Of a DNA stretch of 64,000 bases, positions 1 to 12,700 are shown piece by piece (the stretch's first letter is position 1; the number at the start of each line of letters is the position of its first letter). The stretch is from Oopsacas minuta (taxonomy: Eukaryota > Animalia > Porifera): the NCBI GenBank assembly GCA_024704765.1, contig JAKMXF010000340.1, forward strand, positions 159,911 through 223,910, in the 5' to 3' direction. The translations under genes were made by a program, and so were the position numbers. The notes under the pieces were generated by a model that was not told the DNA's origin, searched no databases, and saw nothing but the letters and a program-made list of their open reading frames with translations.

Positions 1-634
1 TGGCGGAGCTGAAAAGAATGAAAATCGAGGGCAATCGTCCACGAACTCACTCTGCGGAGTGGTGGGTGGAGGCCTAAAATCCACAACAATTGTTATACTT
101 CCCAACCTTCGAGGGAAGATTACAAAATCCGTGAAAACTTTTGATAATTCTATACATTTTAGTCCAAAAATAGCCTGGAATTGCTACTTCTGGCGTAAAA
201 CTTGTAATCTAGGGAATTTCAAAAATCTCAAGCTTTATCAAAAACAATCCGGGAAAGTAAATATTAAGAATTTGGTAAGCATGTAATGAGCAATAAAACT
301 GAGTTGTATAATACGAGTATAACGTATTATACGTCTATGTTACCTTGAAATATAAGATTTTGGCATTGTTAGACTTGTATAAGTCACATTATTATCAAGT
401 ATTACATAATTTTGCCAACTATGTGTTGAGATTTCTCATCAACAATTCGAGAACTACTGTTTTGATGCGAATTATTTATTGCAGAAATCAGCCTAATAGA
501 AATTACGTCACCAAATATTGAGATTGAACGTATAATACGTCTTCATTGAGAGACGTAATTATGAATTCAATAAATCAGTTTCTGTCACTGATATATCTCT
601 ATAGCCTGTTGCAGAATCCTTTTGTCATGTTACA

Positions 635-715
635 CATTGGCGGTCCCATTTTTCCCCGGGTTTGAAATCTTGGCTCGTCCTTGCCCGGGCTATGCAAATC
701 CTGGGACAGCCCCTG
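635..715. mobile_element. Short hAT-like MITE, same family as 16771-16873
   Basis: Ends CATTGGCGGTCCC...CCTGGGACAGCCCCTG; internal sequence matches 16771-16873. Confidence 0.55.
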
Positions 716-722
716 AACTTAC

Positions 723-3700
723 CATAAGAGTAATCATCTTAATCTGTTCAGTTGTAAACGGAGCCTGTAGTTTCTTAGCTCTCCAGCTAAAGTGTATCTT
801 TTTCATATTCTCTACTCCCTGTTTAATAGCAGGAGGGTACTTATCTGGCCATTCTATAGAGTAACCCAAATCTCGCATTGATTCTACTCCTTTAAATGCC
901 TAAATAGGAGAAAGCAATTAATATTGAAGGACTAACATAATAGCTGACTATCATACGATATTTCCATGCATTAAGGGTGATACGTTAATCAATAAATATT
1001 TTTCCAACACAGCCAACACCCGCTATATCAAACAAGGATACATCAAAATACCCGATTTATATCAAACACTGAGCTGAATTCCCATAAATAAAGTACCAAC
1101 TCCAAAACCGTTAAGTAACAAAAGTTGCATCAGTTACATCGAACTCCGCTTATACCGAAGTAATTATCGCGGTGCCTAGAACTTCAATATAACGGAGTTG
1201 ACTGTATTCAAATACTTACCTTGAGAATAACATTGAAATAATTCTTTAGCTTACACTTCTTATACCAAGCCATTATAGTGTATACAGCCCTGATCTTCCT
1301 CACAAGCCTCTTTGCGTGATGTTTACGCCAAATTGTTTGTATAACCGTAGCCATCTTCGGTAACACAGACAATCGTTTATTTTCAAGTTCGATAATAGTA
1401 TTCGGTTTCTTAAGGAAAATCATAAATTTTCCAAATCTACATTCATCTTTTAGTGAGAGATAACTCATTATTGAGATTGTTCCTTCTTTCATGTTTTTAA
1501 CTTCTGGCCAGGTACTCGGACAAATACATTTATATCTAATAGACAAAATTAATAGTTCTCCATCTCGAACGAATTATTTTCCCCTATTGATGACCAAAAA
1601 TGGTCAGTATATGCTTAGGACATCAATTTTAGGGACATGCATGTACAGGTATATATATATATATACTCTATGTATCGAATAAGCTGTAGGGTAGGGAAAA
1701 AATTCGAATAATTAATTGGACTTTTACATAATATCCTACCAAGCCAGCCAAATGTGGCCAAAAGCATCCCTCCTCCCTCCTCTTCAACATATTTGGCATA
1801 TACACATACATTTCCTGGCCAAAAGCATTCGACCTTCCAGGCAAAATTTCCACATCCCGTAATATACATGCTACTTTAGTTTCATAGACTGAAAATGACT
1901 TAAACTTCTGCCGAATTCATCAATTTCCACACATTTTTCCGTCTACCACAAGAGTTGGAGTATTTCAATACATTCGTCCAGTGCAAGGCTGTATTACGTA
2001 AACTTACCTTTGAATGAACTTATCATATTTCTGAGAGAGACTGATTCCAGTTCTCCTAACTTTAACATGCTCAACAATGTTCAAAAATCTTGCTTGATGC
2101 TCAACAATAGAATCCACTATTTTCATTGGAAACTTTGAACTATTAGGCCTAATACAACGAACATATAGTGGATACATTGTAGAGATTACATCATTCAGTT
2201 TCTTGACAGATGACTTGAATTCTGACACGAAAGTTGTCTGTTTTATATTTCCTACTTGGGTAGACCACATTTCCTTCATTGAGTTAATTTTACTGTTTGA
2301 AAGTACTCGAATTAAATCCTATAAATATTGAACTGTGAAATTAGAATTTTTACTGCGCGACTGCGAAGGATTTTCATCACTGCATTTGTCAAAAGAATTT
2401 TGGGCAGTGGACTCCATCAAATTTAGAGAACACTTAAAGGCCAGTAGAGTAGCTCCAAACACGGGGGTGTCAGGGACGTCAAAGAAAAGCATTTCGAAAG
2501 CATGAAATTAACGCGAACTTTCGAGAAATCCAATTTCTCAAACTATTCGAAATTCGGTTTTCTAATCAAGGAAATTTCCGCAAATTACAGCAATTCTTAT
2601 TAAAGTCATGGATAGGAAATTCTTAGTCCCATATAAATGAACCTACAAAACAAGCTTCAATTCGCGTAACTTTCCTACATTAAGGTATTGCAAACAACGT
2701 ACCATAGAGATAGCATTCTTATTATTTGCAATAAACTCTTTTGTAGAGTAAATAACCTCGATATCATAATGCTTAATCATGAACTCATTAATCTGTAGAG
2801 TTTGATCACCAGCAGCATTACTCTTATAATGTGGATTCACTGTTAAAGCCTTATCCATTTGAATTAGAATATCTTTATCAGTCTTATCATCCTTTGAAGA
2901 TATTTCATCAATAATGCTTAATATTCCACGATTTGGTTCTTCTATCATCTTTAAGATCATTTCATTGTCATTTATGTCAACGTTAATCCAGGGTATACCT
3001 TTAGAATACACGGGACGGGGTATTAGGGGAATGGATGGATTCGGGATTTATGGGTTCATCTATAGCCAATATAATTCGAAACATAATGGAACATGGGTCG
3101 ACATTGCTGACCCATGACCCGTTATGTGACCAATTGAGTGAATTAACCTATGACTCGTTACGCAATTTTGAAATCAAACATAGTGTAAAACAACGAGGTG
3201 GACAAACTATGGATCATTCAATATTTTTATAAGAAATAGATAATCCAGCTGTTCCTATATGTCTATAACAATTGTAACACAAACCCCTGAGATAATCATT
3301 CAAATTCCAAATCGGTCATTACTCTTTAGTCATGGGTCCGTCAAGGGTTTGCTCTACTTCGAAACAAACGAAGATTTTCGAATATTCGTGTTAACTACAT
3401 ACACATTTAACATCAATCAATTCTAATGATATTCTCATAAAATACATTGAATGATGATATCAACACAAAAATTACTATTAAGAAAATCTCATTTATCTTA
3501 TTAATTACAGATTTCAAGGCTCTTCCATAACTCAAAAATAATAATTGTTTATTTAGCAAACTTGAAAGAATATTTTAAAACAAATCACCGAATTTAAGGT
3601 TGATTAAAATTCACACATATTTCTTGAATATCACAGTAAAGATCAAAGGATAAATTACTATAAATAATTTGATTAAAATATTCTCATAAATGGAGGACGT

Positions 3701-6700
3701 TTATATGAATCGCGAGGCAGGAAAACTATTTTCCTCGAATAATTACAAATTGAAATATGTGACAGGATCATGTCAAGAGATTGAGAGAATAGAGCATCCG
3801 AAAAAAAATCAAAATCTATGTAAATGCCATTCAAACGATGAAAATTGGAAATCGAATAAAACGCGCGAAGCCCTCATAAAACTAACAATCGCGGCATTTC
3901 TCGCGATAATTTTCACAATAGCTGAAGCAGTTGGCGGTTACATTTCCTCTAGTTTAGCCGTGCTGACAGATTCAGCTCATATGCTATCGGATTTTTTCGG
4001 ATTCATTGTAAGTCTAGTCTCACTAGTAATCTCCAAACGAAAACCAAGCAGAAAAATGCATTATGGTTACCATCGTGCTGAAGTGCTAGGCGCAGTATTC
4101 TCCGTTATAATTATATGGATTGTGACAGCACTGTTAGTTTACGAGGCGATACAGCGTGTAATACATTTAGACTATGAGATAGACGCTGACGTAATGCTAA
4201 TTACAGCTACTGCTGGGCTATACATTAACGTATTGCTATCGCTAGTGTTACAGATACCATTACCGAAATTTCTTCTCGAAAAAGAAACATTTGAAACGCG
4301 AAAAACCACACCAAAAGTTGAGAATATAAACATCCGCGCGGCATTAATACATTGTATCGGTGATATTGTACAAAGCATGGGTGTGATAATCGCAGGAATA
4401 ATTATACGCTTCAGACCGGATTTGAAAATTGCTGACCCAATTTGTACATTCATTTTCTCGATTTTAGTCACAATAACCACATTGAATATTCTACGCGATG
4501 CAGTGCACATACTAATGGAAGGCGCACCTGGAAATATCAAAGTCGAAGAAGTGAAAAGCTTCTTATTAAATATTCCTGGCGTCAAACGGTTACACGATCT
4601 CAGAATTTGGAACGTAAATTCAACGCGAATTTGCTTATCAGTGCATTTAGCAGTGGATTTCTGTGGTAAATACGATGCGCTACTGGAGAGAGTTATAAAT
4701 GACTTGAAGGAGAGATATAATATAGATTACACGACCATACAAGTTGAATATTATAACCAGGAAGAGTATTTTAATTGCGAATTGTGTACAAGCCAAGATA
4801 AATAATTGCGGTTAATCTAATGTATTCACTCTATCAGTTAATAATATTATTTATTCAAATTACGATACTGTATCTTAATATTGCATACCAAAGTATTATT
4901 ATCTTCAATACAAAATATACTCAAATAACTGAGAAGTGTGGAGTCAAAATTACCCAGGAAGTGCAGACATGGAACCGATCGACAAGCAGTTGAAATTGGC
5001 AGACAGTTGAGATACATCTACACACTCTCCACGACATTTGCTATATTAAATATAATGTTAGTTTAAACTAAATTTTGCGGGGTTTAGTATTGTCAAAGAG
5101 TTTTAGAGATCTGTCAGTTTCATCTTTGCCAAAAATATTCACAACTGCTATTCATTACTACATTATTCCTTAACAAATATCATTGAATTAGTTAGATATT
5201 CACAGTGTACCACCTAGCATTCTAAAACTTGGTAAAGAATTGGACCGGAGGCAAGGCAACACCTTTGACATTCACACGGGCGTCCCAGCATTTTCAAATC
5301 CGTGGCAAATGGCTTGTTTGCCTCCCATAGGACCGCCACTGGACATTAACTATAGCAAACCTTCTCTAAGATACACTTGCTGTGGCTCAGCCAACACAGA
5401 AGTAATAAACAGCTGCTGCAGATTCTCACTACAGTAATTAATACACAGCTGTGCCAATTCATTTACATCAGCAACCTCGAATCCGTATATATCTATAAGA
5501 CACAGTTTAGAACATTTTCCAGTTACTTTAGTGTGCGGGGAGGAAGTATTCTCATTGATTCTTTTGACAATCCATTGGATGAGATGTTCGTAGAGCCATT
5601 TAGCGAGGGTGTCACTGTATAGAGAGAGATAAATAATAATTTGACAGAATACGTAGACATACATTACCATGCCATGGTCATGTTAATTTCTTTAAATGTG
5701 ACAGTATTCATCACAACTTACCCAAAAAAGTATATTTTTAATTAGCATAGACCCATTACTTAATCTCCATAAAAGTGCTTGCCATTACGCATATATAGAA
5801 GTTCAAAATAAACCAACTATCTTATCCTTTACGAAGTTACATTATTCACATTATGACTATCAGTGATATTGATGATGTGTATCTAGAAGATGAATATGTA
5901 CCGAGCAGTGGCAGTGAATCAGAAACTGAATCCAGTATTTCACAAGCAAGGGCCAATACACAGGGTTTCGAGACCTTTTCTTACACGCCAAAGTGGCTAA
6001 GTAAAACTCCCAATCAATTGAAAGATGAAATACCAGTTAATGGCTATCATAATGACGTGTTCCCGAAACAAAGTTTATTAACTTGAATCAATTCCTGTAC
6101 CTGTACCATCCTCAATCAAAACTTTTGTCTAACACAACATCTAATACAACCACTAAAAACAATGATAAATGGTCAATCTGTGATTTGAGCGAGGAATCTG
6201 GCTTTATGGGTATTTACAGTGTGAATCCACGAAAATATTGATTAGGTAAGTTGTGACAAATGTGGAAGGTGGTATCATATTTTATGCTTGGTTGTTGGGA
6301 GAAATGATATACCTGAAGACACAGGCTGGTTTTGGGAATTTTGTTGAAATTATACATGTGTGTCCATAAATTTTGTCATCACATTTACAATGACAATAGA
6401 AATCAACACGGCTATGGTACAAAAATGTGTCTATTTGTTGTACAATTTTGGAGATTTTACCAACCCTGATGTTAAAATAGTTACGTACCGGCAAATATAC
6501 GCTTGTTCCTTTCCATATTTCATTTTAGGACCCTCTCCTTTGCCTGTAAGATTCTTACCCACTAAAGCAGGCATCAACTCATCCATTCGAAGACCCAATA
6601 GGTTCGCCACTGGAGTTACACAATTCATGTTTATGACCCTAGCTTCATCAGATTCACCTTTGTCAAAATGTACCTACAGCATTAATTCATATAAATCTAG

Positions 6701-9700
6701 ATTAAGAGTTTCGTCTATGGGAAAGGAGGAATTCGCCTAAGGACAGATTACACATTTGCGTTTTTGCATCCTTGCGGATGTGTTTGTTTCCCCATAATAC
6801 ATATCGAACTCATTGGGTTTTCACCTTTTGCTTATCTGTATTTTTTGCCAATTTTCTGATGCATTTGTAGGCAAAAAAATTTTTGACTATATTTATTCCA
6901 TATGGATAGCAAATGTTTCGTTTGTCATTGAAGGCCCTCGACATAACTAACCTGACCAAGATGAAGTATAGCTGCAATTATCTTGAAAACTTCTAATTGT
7001 TCTTTCTCATGGAAACCAACTGAATTAAATGCTTCCCTTGTGTTACGGTACATTTCCTTCTCAACAACTCCTTTTAAAGTAAACGGCTCTCCACCATCAG
7101 CTAGATAGTTGTATTGCTTTACATTAGATTGTAGCTGTAATTGCTTCAGTAGTGTGGCATCTTGTGAACCAAGAAGTCTATAAGGGCAAATGTGTTCATA
7201 AAGTGAAGTCGAACACGAAGAATCGAGCTGGAGCCTAATCTCCAAATTTATGGGTCGCGAAATATAGTAGAACCGGAAAAATATCCGGTTTCCACTGTAT
7301 TGAGTTCAAAAACAGGGCTGACGGTATGTTCTGCGTCTGAATACATTTGCCTTTAAGCCCCCAGGCAGCTTACCGATGGACAGAATTGCAGAATCTTGTT
7401 TAAGTTCACTAGTCGGTACTTATATGCTTTGCTCGGCCAACGAAAATGGTAATTTAGCATTCTCACCCCCGAGGGCCTGGCCGACAGCTTCGGCTAGCCC
7501 TCCATCGGCCGATTCTTAGAGGGAATAATGTCTATACACAGCAAATACGTAGCTCACCCCCTGTAGCTAAACCGCGACGTCGCCCTTGCTTTTTAGCCAG
7601 CCATGAATATAAGATACTACAATAATAAACCTGTAGAAAATATGAAAGTTTCTATCTCCTTTTTGTTGACTGACAACTCTATCTTTCTCCAGCATGTAAA
7701 CAGTAACTGTCCCACCAACTGGTTGGCTTAGAAAATCAAAATCTATACTGGTGCACTTCAGGAATCGTGACGAATTATTGTTTCGTTTAGTGCGTGCGTT
7801 ACCAAAAGCTTCCAAAAGAGTGCTCGAATGGATGAGTAGGTTTTTTACTCGCTCTGCCTCTGTGGGTATAGATGATAGTGTTATCTTTGTCAGGTAGAGC
7901 ATCATACATTTTAGGATCTCGGTTTTCCCTAAAAATTTTTTTGGTCAAAGTTTATGATCGTTTTGAGCTATAATTAAGACATCACCCACTCAAATTTTTC
8001 AATTAATTTGATGTTAAATCAAACCTAATTTTTCAAAATATGCGCGTACAGCCTTTCGCTGTCACACATCTTCAATTTCAATAGGTTATCTCCCTAAAGG
8101 ACATGAGCTAAAGCGTGTGCCAAGCTTGTATGTGATATACAAACGTCCGAATAAATACAGAAGTCTGAAGTACAAAAAACCTAATTGTAATATAATATTT
8201 TCTATATTTTAAATACATCATTAATTCCAACAGGGGTAAGACAGGAGAGTGTAATGTAGCATATGACAATACAAATGCTATGAAAATAGCAGAAATACGG
8301 GCACAAGTCAAAAATTACATTCAATTATTAAATACAAACAGTTTCTCAAATAGAGCTGAATACAAAATTAATAAAAAATAACTAACCATCAAACAAATAG
8401 TAATAATAGATAAACAAATAAAATGTATAAATAATATTTTATGGTTGTCTAACACCTCATTTTGAAGCACAAGTTTTGCCACAAAAATCATAATAGCCTT
8501 TGCCATCTTCCTTCTTCCTTTTCTGTCGAGTACAACCATGTCCTTTACATTTATTGTCATTGTCCACCGTATGACCACCTCTTCCCCCTCCAGCCCCAGG
8601 GGAGCCATATGGCATGCCAGTTAGCGGCTGATTGTAACTGTATGGGCTTTGTTGATAGTAATACTGAGGATTGGCTGCCATTGGATTATAGCATTGGCCA
8701 GGTAGTTGCTGACCTGGCATACCGGGATATTGACCTTGCATTCCCGGATGTTGACCTTGCATTCCAGGATATTGACTTTGCATTCCGGGATGTTGACCTT
8801 GCATTCCAGGATATTGACTTTGCATTCCGGGATGTTGACCTTGCATTCCAGGATATTGACTTTGCATTCCGGGATGTTGACCTTGCATTCCAGGATATTG
8901 ACTTTGCATTCCGGGATGTTGACCTTGCATACCGGGATATTGACTTTGCATTCCGGGATGTTGACCTTGCATACCGGGATGTTGACCTTGCATTCCGGGA
9001 TGTTGACCTTGCATACCGGGATGTTGACCTTGCATACCGGGATGTTGACCTTGCATTCCAGGATGTTGACTTTGCATACCGGCATACTGACCTTGACCTT
9101 GCATTCCAGGATGTTGATCTTGCGTACCTGTAGGTTGAATTTGTATACTGGAAGATTGTAACCCGTACTCTTGCTGATCCTGTGGTTGGACTTGAGGTTG
9201 GGGTGTTGCTGTTTGTTCCTGAATTTTGCCCGGAATATGACCTGATTTTAAATCCTTTATGCGCTGTTTAACTTTGTCCATTTCACCCTGTATTTTCTCA
9301 TAACCTATATGCTTATCAGCGGCGCAATCACAATAATCGCAAGTAGTATACTGACAATCATTAGAAGTGTTATAACCGTGACATTTATTACACGCACACG
9401 CACCCAATACCACAATTTCGGTGTGATAAATCGGTTTATGATCACAGTAATCGCAGGCTAAAGAGGAACCCTCTCGAGGTGGGCTGTACTCATAGCACTC
9501 TTCACAAATGGCACATCTTCCGCGTTTCGTCCCAAACTTGTCCTTGCCCATTAGCTTGTATGTATATGCTATCAGTGGTATTTAAAAAACTCGTTGAATA
9601 ATAATAATATTCAAAATATTCTACAGTCAACTCCCATTAAATCGAACAGGGAATTATGGGTATACCCGCTTATATGGAAGTCTTAAATTCTACAAATATG

Positions 9701-12700
9701 GTCCCAAACATTCAAAGTTACCATATATTCTATCGGTTATATAGAACTCGGCATATATCGAAGAAATTATCGTGGTCCCTTGAGCTTCGATATCACAGGA
9801 GTTGACTGTTAAGAATATGGTGCACAGAAAAAATTGAAATCCAAATAAATAGTATGCGCCAAAACGTGGATTATAATGCATATAGTTAAATAAGCTATAT
9901 ATAGATATCATATATCAGTGGTTTATGATATAGGAGTACTATACAGACTATGGAAATGTTATGGCACAGCTAACACAGTGTAATCTTTCAGAATATGATT
10001 TAACCCTTTTTCAAAAGGGTATTGTATTCATGGTTATCTGCGTGTGCCCACCAAATCATATATATTAATGTATTACAAGTGCGGCTATAGTACGCCTCTT
10101 GTTACAGGTATAATTAAGCAAATGAAACGAACCAATGAGGGCTGCGTCTCGAGCCCAATAGCCCGTCAAATCTTCATAACATTCTGCCCCAAAAAATTAA
10201 CCTTGAATGAAGTTCAAGTTCTTCTTAAAATAAATGAAGTTATGATTTTTAAATAATAACAAAATTACTAATAATACATGCGAATAAATAGCATACCAAT
10301 TAAAAAGCTTGTAAATTAGCCTCAACTTTCATATCCACTACATATATAGATCCAGCATAATTAACAGCTATGCCTTGTGGTTCAAATAAATCTCCAGGAT
10401 TTTCTTTACCCTTCCTCCCTACAACCTGTACCAAATCCCCTTGTGGACTGAATACACGTATTTGATGGGAGCCTGAATCAGATATCAGAATATTACTACT
10501 GGCATCCAAACAAAAGTATTTCGCATCTAAAACCATTGTCTCAGTCACGATATGACGGATTAACACTCCTTCATGCGTGAAGCTTTGTAATGGAAATTGA
10601 GATTTATGGAATAGAACGTAGATCGCTGTTGCCTCCACACGGATATCCCTTGTTTGTGTGTCACTGTTATTCGTCGCTTTTAACGTGAATTTTCTTTTGA
10701 ATTTCAAATTTGAAATACGCACTACAACTATTTGTAAGTTCAAAAGGTCACAAACGTAAAGGTATTTGTTGCCTTTCGAATCAATTCCGCTCAGTGAAAA
10801 TTCGAATTCAGTTTTCCCAATAATTTCTCCAGTGTATTTATTGATTTTGTTCAATTGGTGTAGGCCGCTGGTAATGAAGAGAAATTGGCCACTAATACAG
10901 ATCCTACGGGGTAGTAGTACCTTCTTCTGGCAAAAAGTTTCGAGAAAAATACCGTTTTCATCATAAACTTGAATTCGGTCGTTAAGGCAGTCTGCAATGT
11001 AAAGATTTTGTGTTTCATTATCGACAGCAATACCTTTCGCGTGGTTCAGATCTTCAGGACCATTTCCGCGTTTCGATTGATGCCAGTTAGGTTTCATTTT
11101 AAAGAATTTCCCTGGCGACTTGACTTCGATTATATGACAAATATTCTGTAATGAATCTTGGAAAGAAAGTTCATCCCAATGCACAATTAAGTCAGGCACA
11201 TCAACTGTGAAATTTTGGTATGCTTTTTTCTCAGTTTCAAGTGTGGAAATTATCTTTGCATATGCAGGTTTTAAATCAGATTGATTTAAACTATCGAAAA
11301 CGGTATTTTTAGCGATTTCAAGCTCGTTTATATTAATAATCCGATCGGCGAAAAGTTTCTCATAATGCTCATAAATAATATCAAGATCGCGAAATTTTTC
11401 CATTTCACTCAGGGATAAAAGATGGTGTAATTTCTCATATTTTTTCTTCAATTCCAGTTTGACAATTTCTATTTTCTCCCTCAAATCATCAAGATATTTA
11501 TTTTCGATTGGAATATTAAGCAAGCTAGGTAGTCCTGATGCTGGTAACGAATTTCTATTCTTATCTACCTGAAGGAGATTCGGCATACTTTGGCACGAAA
11601 GAGAATGAGATAATTCACACGAAGGCGCTATTTCAAACAAACAGGATCTTTCCGCAGAAGTTATCTTGTCTATCGACATATCAACTGGATTTCCTGTAAA
11701 TTGAAACTGTTTTTCACTTTCAGCAAAAGTTGGCGAATCCAATTGTATCAAATTTTCCTCTTTAACAAGTGTTTTCACCCTTTCATATTCAACATGTACT
11801 CGCTCCCATCCAACATGCTTTTCAGCATCACAAGCACAATAATCACATTGAAAGTATTGAAATTCATTCTTTGACGAATAACCATGACAGTGCCCACATT
11901 TACAAAGGCCTAAAGTCACAACTTTCACATGACACTTTCTATTATGTGCACAACATTGACAAGTATCATCCTCTGCCTGTTGTTCATATTCTTCACATTC
12001 TCCACATGCAACGCATCTACCACGTTTCGTTCCTTGTGCGTCTTTCCCCATTTATTTGATCAAAATTTATAAAGTTTTCGAAATTTATAGCCAGCAAAAA
12101 TGAAGATAAAAACAGATGGAATATACTGGTAGCAAACGTAGAGACAAATAAAATGAAGAGTATTAAGCGTATTTGAGAGCCTACCATCAAAGAAGTACAC
12201 AATATCATATGACAAACAAATAGTAGGCTATTCTACCAACTAGTAATCAAAGCATTCGGATTTTTAAATATTGCAATATCTTCTGGTATATTATAAATGG
12301 TTTATGCTCCATGGCGGAGATTTGTAGTACTTGACCTACCTATTCCATATATTACCATTACCCCTATGCGATAGTTTCATTTTGTAGGCTATAAAATGGC
12401 GAGAACCGTACAAATTCACCGTATATTATTTCTGTATTAATTCAATGGCTGAAGAATCCACTAAGCTAAATAAACAAGAATTGGACATACTACGCGATAA
12501 TATTCAAAATGCGAAAGATGAAGTTCGAGGAAAATTTGAAGATATTCACAGACGTTTAGAAACATTAGAAAGCGAAATAAACCACGAATTGGATGTTATA
12601 TTCGATCACTATGAAAGATTAATAATTCGACGTTCGCGGAATATAAGTCAACTCGACATCGCGAGAAGTAGATTATACTCAAGTCTGCAACACAACGATC

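Noticed and set aside
4172-4669. ORFs overlapping the ZnT gene; likewise 23479-23796, 23507-23788 and the short ORFs opposite the usherin exons
   Set aside because: Shadow frames of real coding sequence with no protein-like features.
8715-9119. CRISPR-like array
   Set aside because: Contiguous in-frame coding units with no unique spacers, and eukaryotic context.
8462-9161. Overlapping ORFs 8462-9133 (+), 8621-9085 (-) and 8706-9161 (+)
   Set aside because: They are by-products of a stop-free 21-bp repeat; only 8457-9551 has flanking sequence homologous to another gene.
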